Program-made: the position numbers and the translations under genes | DNA from: a virus | Lineage: Duplodnaviria > Caudoviricetes | Virus record (IMG/VR): IMGVR_UViG_3300037808_002146 | Reading direction: 5' to 3' (one strand) | Length of the DNA stretch: 64,000 nt | Notes under the pieces: generated by a model | What the model was told of the DNA's origin: nothing | The model's input: the letters and a program-made list of their open reading frames with translations, nothing else | Databases searched by the model: none | Shown here: piece by piece, positions 1 through 9,000 of the stretch | Numbering within the stretch: the stretch's first letter is position 1 | How the letters are laid out: every line of letters starts with the position of its first letter

Positions 1-3000
1 AGACATAGATCCTTTCCATTTTTGTATTACATCACCAAACATCGTTAATGCAGACATAGTTTTTTCTACGATCACTACTTTTTTAGTGATTGCGTTCAAG
101 TCTCCATCAATTTTAATTCCTGTGATAGCTTTGACAACAACTTCGAGATTTTCAGTTATGACTCCTATGACTCCCTTAATGCCGCACATCATCTGTGCAA
201 CTCTCTCCTTCATATCTTTGTCTTTTTTATACCAAGCTGTTTCTCCAGTGGGGATCATCTTCATTGCTGCCCCTAGGCCAGTTGCAAACTTAGCGACAGA
301 TTCTACCGCTAAGCTAACAATTTTCATTTTTGGTTCTGCTGTCTTTGGGTCTCCAACATGCTTTTCTAGATCTAAAACCGATTTCACTATTACCGGTAGA
401 TCTGTTTTGATAGCTAATAATATTTTTGTCACGCCGCCGATTACGGCATCCATAGTTTTTTGTGGTCCAGGACCAAACATGCCACCGCCTAATTCGCTAA
501 CTACTTTCAATGGAGAAAACAAAGCAGAAGCCAGTTGAGCAACCGCGGCGATGATTTGAGCCACAATTCTAGCCTTTGCGTTATTATCTTTTCCACCGGG
601 CATTGCTTTGGCCATTTTAGATATTTCTTTTATTACGATAGTTAGCGATACCCCGACTGCTAGTACAAACTTGCTCATGGCATTGATCATAGTATCCATT
701 TTTCCGCCAGTCAACATTTTAGATACACGAGCTAGTTTTCCAACCTTTATACCCATTTCTCCAAGTTGTTGCATTGCAGCAACTGCGGCGCCTACTATTT
801 CTATTTGCAGTTTGACATGACTGGCATTTTTAATTTTCATTTCAGATATTGCTTTTATCATCTTTATTATCGAAGGAGTAGTATCAATAAAGAATTCAGC
901 AGCAGTCTTAACACCTTTCGTGAATGAACTGCCAAAAATAGCAGACATGATCCCAAAGCTTTTTGCAACTCTTTTCAACTTTATGATAGAATCGATTATT
1001 TTGTCTAGTGCAAAAAGGCCAAAGCTAACAACTTCTTTATTCTTATGCATAAGTTTGAATGCTGGCATCGCACTTTCAATGGCACTGGCAAATATTAATA
1101 TTGCACCTTCAAAAAACGCAGCGCCGGCTTTTAAACCAATAGCAGCAACGATAAAACCTAAACCGCCTAGAGCCATAAGCCCACCCGAAACAAATAGTGC
1201 ACCTGTAGCTAAAACCGCGATTCCTACGCCAGCAAGAGTTGATGCGAATTTTTTCCAGTTAATATCTTCGGCTTTGGTTTGAACTATGTCGATCGCTTTA
1301 GCATACTCTAAAATGCCAACTCTAAAGAGAGCGGCTGCTCCAACCAAGCCAGCTGCAGCCGCGACCATTCCAAAACCGGCTAACGCAAACACCACACCAG
1401 CACCCAAGAGTGCAACGGTGGCTGCGATTGCTATTCCGACGCCAGCAAGAGTTGATGCGAATTTAATCCACTTTATCTTTTCTGTCCACTCGCTGATTTT
1501 ATCAATTGCAATAGAATAAGCCATAACTCCGACAGTAAAGAGAACAGCAGCTGCGACGAGTCCGATTCCAGCTGGGATCATGAGGGGAAGCAACTCTGAT
1601 AAAGTGAATCCGATTGCGACGAGCTTAACTGTTGAAAGTATTGCTGCTCCAACCACTAGGAATGTTTTAGCTATTCCTCCCCATGTTACTTTTTCGAGCA
1701 TTGTAGCAGCTAACGCGACTGCTGCTGAGAATGCTACGACCGCAAAAGCGAATAATGTTACTAACGCGAGGAGAACGACAGTAGCTTTACCAATGGCCGG
1801 CCAGGGTATTGCGGCAAAGGATGCAATGAATGCAGCGAATCCACCGGCGGCTGGTGCTGCACCGCCGGCTGCAGCGCCGGCTTTAGCGGTGGCAGCGGAA
1901 GCTAGAACCCACTTCGTCATCCCAGCAGCTAGTATCTTTAAAAGTCCACCGCCTGCAGCGAAAGCTAAACCTTTAATCATTGCTAGTACGAACATCGGCG
2001 CTATAACCCATTTTGCAATAAACATAGCGATTGGCTTCCAGTTTTTGCTTAGATAGCCTTTGACTGCATCGAATGCCGAGATGAGAACAGGCTGGACCTT
2101 CTTCCAGAGCCACTTGCCTACAACCTTGAGAGTAACAAGCAGGAACTCTCCAAGGCGCATGAAAGCACTACCAATCTGACCCATCGCTTTTCCTTTTCCT
2201 CCAACGAAGCCAGATATCTTATCAACAAACTCTTGGAGTATGTCTTCGGGATTTCCCGTACCTGTTATTAAAAAGTCAGCGAATTTTTTTACTGTTTCTT
2301 CAATATCCTTGAAGAAAGCCTTGAATTTTTTAGGGTTAAACAAATCCTGCAACCCTTCAAACATCTTGGTAGATTTCATGAGTTTCATGAAAACTTTTCC
2401 AATGTCTTGACCGAATTGAAAAACAGTTTTTAAGAACGATCTTATAGTTTCCATTAGTGCGCGCATGTCTTTGTCTTTAGACATCGCTCTCATAAAGCCT
2501 TTACCGAATGCATCGCCAATACCCGAGAAACTCTGGCCAGCTTCTGCGATTTTCTCTATAGCTTTAGCCAGTTTCAGCATGACTTCTTCTTGGGAAAGTT
2601 GATTCTCTTCTGCGTCTCCAGCTGCATCGGCAAAATCTTCGTATGCGACTCCTTGATTTTCAGCTGCAAAAGCATTCTGTAATGCTGACTCTGAAAGTCC
2701 TGTTTGAGCCATCATGAGTTTCTTTTCTTGGCGGGTCATTGTCTCTATAGACTTGCCGGCAGCATGAAAAGCATTTCGCATCATATCAATTCGTTCGGCT
2801 GGATTTTCTGCATTCATCATCTTCATGGTATCAAGTTGAATGCCAAATGCTTGATTCAACTGAGAGACGCTATCGGCTGCACCTTCGAAGTCATCAAATT
2901 TATCAACAACGCCCTTGAGATCTTTCATGTCCATGCCAAGTTTTCTGGCGTATGCAGAAGCAGCTCCCATTTGAGTAGTACTCATATTACCAAAAGAAAC

Positions 3001-3930
3001 GAAGTCGCCCTTCATGTCAGCAATATCTTTGCCGATATCTTTAGAACTTAAGTCAAACTTTTTTGCCATCTGGAGAGACATGCTGCCAACTTCAGTCATC
3101 ATGTCGGTTTGCGACTTTCCGGAAAGGGCAGCATCTTTCATTAGCTTGCCCATTTGCTCGCCAGACAAACCAAGACCTTTGGAGAACATAACTGCTTTTT
3201 CTGCGCTCTTACCAAATTCGTCGCCAAGAAGATTTATTGCTGGGCCTAGCCCTTTTGCAATATCGGATACAGCACCCATCATCTTCGCCATGCCATCTGG
3301 GCCATATCCGAAGACTCTAGATGCGGATAAACCAGTGCCAGCTAAATTGCCAGCAGAAGAGCTCATATCTTTAAAGCCAGCAATTACATTTTTCGCAGGG
3401 CCTTCAGCAAAAGAGCCGAATTCTTTACGCACGTCTTCATAGGCTTGTCTAAGTGCTGTTCCAGCTTGGGCAGCATTATTAGCCATACCGACAAGACCAC
3501 TGAATAATTTAAATGGAATTGCGATTATTGCAGAGCCAATGCTGAATAGACCGCCAACAAAACTTTTGAGTAGTCCGCCAACGCCCTTAAGGGAAATTCC
3601 CATATCTTTAAAGCCAGAAACTAGCCCTAAAACCCCACCCGCTCCAGCTGCGGTTCCTGTAGACATTTTTGAAAAGAAACCGTCTGCAGATTTTGATTGT
3701 TTATCTTGAGATTTTCTTGCTTTATCCTGTTCGGCTGCTAATTTTCCTTGGCCGAGGATTGCTTTTTCTTGCTTTTTAGCATTTTCGTCGGCAGCGTCAT
3801 TCATTTCGCCGGCGCATCGAGATTGTTCTCCACACGCACCGCTTAGTTTGCTTTGAAGCCTTACTTGCTCTTGAAGCAACTTGTTTAGTTGAGCTTGTAA
3901 CTCAACTTGTTTCCCTAGATCTTGCGACAC
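1..3930 (-). CDS. Tape measure protein (3' end outside the window; at least 1310 aa)
   Basis: Missing from the ORF track, consistent with no stop inside the window. GTG at 3930 follows CGGAGGCGGC (RBS) and reads VSQDLGKQVELQAQLNKLLQEQ. The segments I translated (both ends and about 850-2060) are open in this frame. Ala/Gly-rich helical sequence with a long hydrophobic tract, located downstream of tube and chaperone genes. Confidence 0.85.
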   Translation of the reverse strand, partial: MSQDLGKQVELQAQLNKLLQEQVRLQSKLSGACGEQSRCAGEMNDAADENAKKQEKAILGQGKLAAEQDKARKSQDKQSKSADGFFSKMSTGTAAGAGGVLGLVSGFKDMGISLKGVGGLLKSFVGGLFSIGSAIIAIPFKLFSGLVGMANNAAQAGTALRQAYEDVRKEFGSFAEGPAKNVIAGFKDMSSSAGNLAGTGLSASRVFGYGPDGMAKMMGAVSDIAKGLGPAINLLGDEFGKSAEKAVMFSKGLGLSGEQMGKLMKDAALSGKSQTDMMTEVGSMSLQMAKKFDLSSKDIGKDIADMKGDFVSFGNMSTTQMGAASAYARKLGMDMKDLKGVVDKFDDFEGAADSVSQLNQAFGIQLDTMKMMNAENPAERIDMMRNAFHAAGKSIETMTRQEKKLMMAQTGLSESALQNAFAAENQGVAYEDFADAAGDAEENQLSQEEVMLKLAKAIEKIAEAGQSFSGIGDAFGKGFMRAMSKDKDMRALMETIRSFLKTVFQFGQDIGKVFMKLMKSTKMFEGLQDLFNPKKFKAFFKDIEETVKKFADFLITGTGNPEDILQEFVDKISGFVGGKGKAMGQIGSAFMRLGEFLLVTLKVVGKWLWKKVQPVLISAFDAVKGYLSKNWKPIAMFIAKWVIAPMFVLAMIKGLAFAAGGGLLKILAAGMTKWVLASAATAKAGAAAGGAAPAAGGFAAFIASFAAIPWPAIGKATVVLLALVTLFAFAVVAFSAAVALAATMLEKVTWGGIAKTFLVVGAAILSTVKLVAIGFTLSELLPLMIPAGIGLVAAAVLFTVGVMAYSIAIDKISEWTEKIKWIKFASTLAGVGIAIAATVALLGAGVVFALAGFGMVAAAAGLVGAAALFRVGILEYAKAIDIVQTKAEDINWKKFASTLAGVGIAVLATGALFVSGGLMALGGLGFIVAAIGLKAGAAFFEGAILIFASAIESAMPAFKLMHKNKEVVSFGLFALDKIIDSIIKLKRVAKSFGIMSAIFGSSFTKGVKTAAEFFIDTTPSIIKMIKAISEMKIKNASHVKLQIEIVGAAVAAMQQLGEMGIKVGKLARVSKMLTGGKMDTMINAMSKFVLAVGVSLTIVIKEISKMAKAMPGGKDNNAKARIVAQIIAAVAQLASALFSPLKVVSELGGGMFGPGPQKTMDAVIGGVTKILLAIKTDLPVIVKSVLDLEKHVGDPKTAEPKMKIVSLAVESVAKFATGLGAAMKMIPTGETAWYKKDKDMKERVAQMMCGIKGVIGVITENLEVVVKAITGIKIDGDLNAITKKVVIVEKTMSALTMFGDVIQKWKGSMS
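1226..1464. repeat. Internal direct repeat in the tape measure gene (26 bp identical, 213-bp period)
   Basis: ACGCCAGCAAGAGTTGATGCGAATTT at 1226-1251 and 1439-1464, both within KFASTLAGVGIA. Confidence 0.85.
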
Positions 3931-3945
3931 GCCGCCTCCGAAAAA

Positions 3946-3994
3946 AATTAACTGTTACAGTTAATTATTAAGTACAGGAAAATGCTATAAATAT
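3946..3994 (-). promoter_or_regulatory. Putative promoter region of the tape measure gene with a 21-bp palindrome
   Basis: ATA-N-TTA motifs at 3962-3968 and 3988-3994; AATTAACTGT-T-ACAGTTAATT inverted repeat at 3946-3966. Confidence 0.45.
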
Positions 3995-3999
3995 ATAGA

Positions 4000-4257
4000 T
4001 TAAAAAGGCCAGGCCAATCCGGTTGTATCAAGAAATTTTTTAGAAGCTAATTTTTTTTCAATCAAAATACTCTTCACTTCGTCTAAGCTGATAGACTCTG
4101 AGCATAGTGCTTCATATAATTTTTTTGAACTAGAAAGGGCACTAGCAGTGGCGTTTGCAACTTCTCTATCGCCGTTAATCTTAAATTCTAAACCTTCTCC
4201 TATGACGTACTTAGCGCAGTCCGAAAAAAAGTATTTCCATTGTATTTCTTTTAGCAT
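4000..4257 (-). CDS. Hypothetical protein (85 aa) between chaperone pair and tape measure
   Basis: ORF track; fills the gap on the coding strand; no recognisable motif. Confidence 0.65.
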   Translation of the reverse strand: MLKEIQWKYFFSDCAKYVIGEGLEFKINGDREVANATASALSSSKKLYEALCSESISLDEVKSILIEKKLASKKFLDTTGLAWPF

Positions 4258-4265
4258 ATTATTAA

Positions 4266-4538
4266 CTATGTAAATCTTCTCAATTTTGCAGGAACTTGTG
4301 CACGATTTCTGCCTAATAGTGCCCTTGTTTGTGGATCGTTTTGATGAGCTGCCCTTGTTTGGGCTCCTTCACCGCCATTCCTCTTGTTTGTTTCGACTAT
4401 TTCTTTATTTATTCTCTCTAAAAACCAAAGTCGTTGCCAAACAGGTAGTAAGTAGGCTTCCCTATAGGAAAACCCCATATAGTATATTAAAAGAAATATT
4501 TGGTTTAAAAAGACCTCTTTATAATCAGGCGTCAGGCC
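4266..4538 (-). CDS. gp51-like tail/baseplate-hub assembly chaperone C-terminal module, probably expressed as a frameshift extension of the upstream ORF
   Basis: The track ORF 4266..4478 extends upstream without a stop to 4538 (GLTPDYKEVFLNQIFLLIYY-MGFSYREAYLLPVWQRLWFLERI). The pattern resembles T4 gp51-like and GT-type chaperone tails. No clear RBS precedes the ATG at 4478. Confidence 0.7.
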   Translation of the reverse strand, partial: GLTPDYKEVFLNQIFLLIYYMGFSYREAYLLPVWQRLWFLERINKEIVETNKRNGGEGAQTRAAHQNDPQTRALLGRNRAQVPAKLRRFT

Positions 4539-5376
4539 AAAAAAACGAAGCTCCCAGAGGGAGCTTTACCTCCGAGGTTTCGGTGCAATGAATACACTCT
4601 AACCAACCAGATAAATCAATACCGGGCTCATTTTTATCTAAATGCCTTCTTAGAGCTAAAGAATCTCTAGCTGGCATATTCCTAACAAACATATTAATCT
4701 TAGAACGATCAGATATTCCATTAACAGAAACAATAGAATACTCAAGTCTTTGAGTTACCATGTTATCCCCGGAAATACCTCTCTTTTTTCTACGTTCGGA
4801 AATTGTCATAATTTCCTTTTCATCTTCGCCAGTTAGAAATTTAAATTTAATAGGAAGACCTGTTGACGGTAATTTGAATTCAAAAACGTTAGCTCCAATT
4901 GAGATAGGATTAAGATCTAAGGTGCTAATAGGCATTTCGGTTAAATCAAATGCTTGCTTAGATCTTTCGCCGCATGCAGGACAATCTACTTCGACGTTAT
5001 ATTCCGGTCCATAACCTGTTACTCTTAACGCTGTCATAATTGCATTTCGATCTCCGGATAAAAGTTTATCTGGATCTATAGATTTGTCTACTAAGCAAGA
5101 CCTTAAAAGAGAAGTAATAACTGTACCTTTTTTAATCAACGCTCGAGATGTTAAGATATCTTCGTCTTTAGCTGTCATGGCTGTAATTTCGACTGTTTCT
5201 ACTCCGTATACAGAGCTATCTACGTCATAGATTACGCCTTTGGATGGAAGTGGAACAGCTTCGATTGGAACATCAAAGCCAAAGTCCTCCCTCATTACGC
5301 TTTTCGTAGGTATTCCAGCGGTACTAGCATCGCCGAATAATTCTCTTCTCGCTTCTTTATTATCACTATTACTCAT
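4525..5376 (-). CDS. T4 gp26-like baseplate hub / tail assembly chaperone
   Basis: LPSKGVIY, MTAKDEDILTS, DRNAIMTALRVTGYG, two CxxC motifs (CPAC, CIHC) and the terminal SFFWP; lies between tube and tape measure. Confidence 0.75.
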   Translation of the reverse strand: MSNSDNKEARRELFGDASTAGIPTKSVMREDFGFDVPIEAVPLPSKGVIYDVDSSVYGVETVEITAMTAKDEDILTSRALIKKGTVITSLLRSCLVDKSIDPDKLLSGDRNAIMTALRVTGYGPEYNVEVDCPACGERSKQAFDLTEMPISTLDLNPISIGANVFEFKLPSTGLPIKFKFLTGEDEKEIMTISERRKKRGISGDNMVTQRLEYSIVSVNGISDRSKINMFVRNMPARDSLALRRHLDKNEPGIDLSGWLECIHCTETSEVKLPLGASFFWPDA

Positions 5377-5447
5377 TTAAAAAACTTCTCCCCTGTTCTA
5401 GATTTAGAAAATTTATAAATTTTATAGTTTATAAACGCGGGAGTAAA

Positions 5448-5485
5448 ATAAAAAAAGCCAAAAGAAAATCCCTCCTGGCTTTTTT
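5448..5485 (-). terminator. Intrinsic terminator after the tail tube gene
   Basis: Minus strand AGCCAGGAG-GGATTTT-CTTTTGGCT (stem with G-U pairs) followed by a T tract. Confidence 0.7.
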
Positions 5486-5520
5486 AAATAGAATTAAAAG
5501 AAAATTTCTAAAATTCTAGT

Positions 5521-6009
5521 TTAGTACTGGAGTACGCAGTTATCAAAACGGATAGTCATTGATATTTCAGCTGGATCTTCCGAGCCATAATCTAAATCAC
5601 CAAAACCGGCAGATGTTAAGAAACAACCCTTCATATCCCAAAGCTCTACAACAGTACCTACAGCATCTAAAAGCTTTAATTGGCAATCTCGTTTGTAGAA
5701 ATCAGCATATCCGCCGCGGCCAGATACTGATTCGAAATGAGTACGTACCCATTCCATAACTTGCTGCGCTCCAGACGGAGCGATTGGGTCGTGTAAAGTG
5801 ACACTCAAAGCATCAAATTTAGTTTTTCCAGCAATATACCGGGTTGAATTCATGAATGGGATTTCAACTTCTGCAGTGTTAATAGTTGGTCTTGCTGCTG
5901 TTTTAATAAGATATGCATCGATACCCTCAATCGCAAAGACCCATCTAAACTTTCGTTTTGGTTCAAATTTGTTTGGTAACATGCTTGAGACGTTTAATGT
6001 TTCGGCCAT
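5521..6009 (-). CDS. gp19: Tail tube protein (T4 gp19-like)
   Basis: FEPKRKFRW, YIAGKTKFDALSVTLHDP, QQVMEW, FGDLDY and IRFDNCVL motifs; 162 aa directly after the sheath. Confidence 0.9.
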   Translation of the reverse strand: MAETLNVSSMLPNKFEPKRKFRWVFAIEGIDAYLIKTAARPTINTAEVEIPFMNSTRYIAGKTKFDALSVTLHDPIAPSGAQQVMEWVRTHFESVSGRGGYADFYKRDCQLKLLDAVGTVVELWDMKGCFLTSAGFGDLDYGSEDPAEISMTIRFDNCVLQY

Positions 6010-6045
6010 GGTTTTCTCCTAATCTCCTTTTAAATATACTCTATA

Positions 6046-9000
6046 TTAGATTTCTGCACCAGCATTTGTGATAACAAAGTCAAGTGAAATAAATTCAACA
6101 GAACGGGTAGGTTGCAAGAATATCTTACCACGCAATGTGTTGTTCTCTACGTCCGTCTGTGTAGTTGTTGTTGCGTCAATCTTCACTAAGAATCTATCGA
6201 CACCCTGCTGTTGCTGAATCTGTCTTAAAATTGGATTCACCTGAGCAGAAAACCTCGCGAGGGTAGATTCCCTGTTTGGTTCAAAAATGAAGCTGTTTGC
6301 TACTTTTCTAACTCTTCTACGTAACTCAATAAGTAATCTACGAACATTAACTCTGTCCAGAGAACTTTGAGTTCTAAGTAATGTTTTTTGACCAAAAACT
6401 ACTACCCCTTCTGTATGTGGGAATGAAGTAAGCGGGTTAATATCAACATCATATAGAGAATCCAAATTATCTCTGTTTAACTTAACTTGTGTTTCAGTTA
6501 CATTGACCATTGCGCCTCTTGTAAAACCAGCTGGAGCAAACCAAGGATGTGCCAGTTGATCGTTAAGAGCGAAAGCCCCCAACACAGGAACCGAAGGCGG
6601 CACTTGGATGTTTTGCCCTGTTGATGGATCATTTAAGATAACATCTGGAAAATATGTAGCTGCGAAGCTTGTATCTAGAACTCGGTTGTTAAAACGAGTA
6701 ACTGTATTTGATACGCTAACTTTCTGTGCTGAACCTGTTACTACTGTATTTTCTGAATCATATACAATTGCATCCATGATATACATCGCATCAAATCTAG
6801 ATTCTACAGCGTCTATAGCTTTATCAGTTATTAGAGTTTGTCTAATTCCAGGAATTGCGAGTAATTGGATATCAACATCAGATCTCTCAGTTAAGACATC
6901 AATTGCTTTCATGTAAGTTGCTGCTGTAGCTCCGGCTTTACCACCTTGATTAGCTACATCAACAACTTCTCTCATAACCGCAACATCTGACAAAGCTGCC
7001 TTTTCTTTATCGAAAACTTCAGTACCATCAAAACCGCCAGCAACAAAAACATTGAACTTGAGATACCTTCTAACTGAACCTAAATCTAAGTCGGTAGTGG
7101 TGTTTAAGAACCTCGTCTTACTAGAAGCGGTGTTTCCATCAGCATCTAATATACTACTGTCTAGAACGCCTGTTCTCCTATACTCAGCTGCGGCCCATTG
7201 TGCGGAGTCTGGAACATCTGCTGCGGTTGTTACAACTTGAATATTTTCAAGGGTAAATTTATTATTATTGTAAGTATCTGCCGCAGAAGATCCTGTCCGG
7301 TGAGATATCAAAGACAAACTAGCTTGATCAAAATCCGGGAAGTACTTAGTCCAAGTGTTAGCGGAAGCTAAAGGTTGGCTATTTTTATTTGGTTCGTGAT
7401 AAAGATCATCAACTTCAAATTGGATACCCCAGTTTAACGAAGAAGCTACCCTCTTCTTTGGAACTTCTCCTACCGCTAAGTTTCTTCTAAGCGGTAATGG
7501 AGGTGCAACTATTTTTTCGTGTGCTAGTCCTGCTGCGTCTACAATCGTTGAGTCAACTGCAGCGAAAGTTACCGAGTTGTCTATATTAAGTTTTTGTGGT
7601 CCGCGGAACCCAAATGGAAGTGCGGAAGCATCCATTTTGCCATTTTCTACAGAATCGGCCATTTCCACTCTAATATATTTAGAGTTGTTTTCAAATCTGC
7701 CCGAAAGCGAAAGTTTTTGGCTACCAGCTCGTTTATCAAAATCATAAAATAATCTTTGATCACCTATGATTCGAGCAATATACCTCTCCGAGTTAGGGTT
7801 CAAGCTTAGCGAAGGAAACTTCTCTAAAACAACCTGTTCTCTATCGTTATCACTAAATCGTCTCACCATCAAATCGAAAGAACCATATCTGTTCTTATCC
7901 GATTGCGATCTTTTCAAGTTTTCAATAGAAACCTTATAGACCTCATTTCCTTGTGCGCCGTCGTCTAAAGAGTGAACCCTAAATAGCGGTTCATTATTTC
8001 CACCAAACTTTTGTGAAATCAAAGTTGGTGAAACAGCAGCTCTAAATCTATCGGAAAAGTTTTCCGTATTCGGCTTTGTAGCTGTACCTGCATTTCTGTT
8101 ACCGCTCGATGGTAGCAACATTGCAATATCATTTCCACTTTTGCCAGTAGAAGTTAGATATGGGTTCGTTGTGTTCATCGGAGATGCATATGTGCTAAAT
8201 ACGTCGTAATGAGCATATAAATAGTGACCTGATTCCTGAATGGCTGTTGGGTCTGTATTAAAAATATTTGCTATGTAATTTGAAGCTTGCGGATCAAAAG
8301 AAGCGGTGACTGCGTTAGGATGCGAAGTTGTGCTCTTGTGACCGTTAAGAATCATTACAAATTCTTGCTTGCCGTTTGTTAAGTCAACTTTACCAAGAGG
8401 TGATCCACCGTTCTCGATTCCAGAGATTGTTGGGTTATCTTCGAAAGGTGCAGTTGATCCAGCCAATTGTATAACAGTATTTGCGCCACCCTCAAAGTGA
8501 GAATCAACTGTAGCTTCTGCGGCCGTCATGGTTGTTTGTATTTCGGTATCGCCGGCAGATCCGCCTACAACTTGAGATAAGGTAACCATAGAACCAGAGG
8601 CGTGTGCAAATATTTTGCCAGCATGGCCGGTGGCTGCGTTAACAGCTCTTGCGAAATCAGTCGCCGCAACTGAGGCCCCGCCAACATCGCCTCTCTTAAA
8701 GTCCAAGCCATCTTCGTTGCCATTATTAACAGCGACGTAAGTTCGAGGAGTAGCTCCATCTGTTATTATAATATTATGTGCAGCAGTAACTGCTCCCAAG
8801 AAATTAATCTTTGCTTTAGCATTTGGTTTAGTTCCAATTTGTCCAACTGGAACGTTATTGCTAATTGCCGCCCGAGAAGCAACAAGCGATGGAACAACTC
8901 CAGAAGGATACATCATTACACCGCGTAAGACGTTTGCGTATCTTATGCCAGTTGCTGAATCCGCTAAACCCGATCCTGCTTCAGTAAAGATGTTTTCACC

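Noticed and set aside
86-3442. Plus-strand ORFs of 70-158 aa in the first 3.5 kb
   Set aside because: They are antisense shadows of the open minus-strand tape measure frame, with no RBS or motifs.
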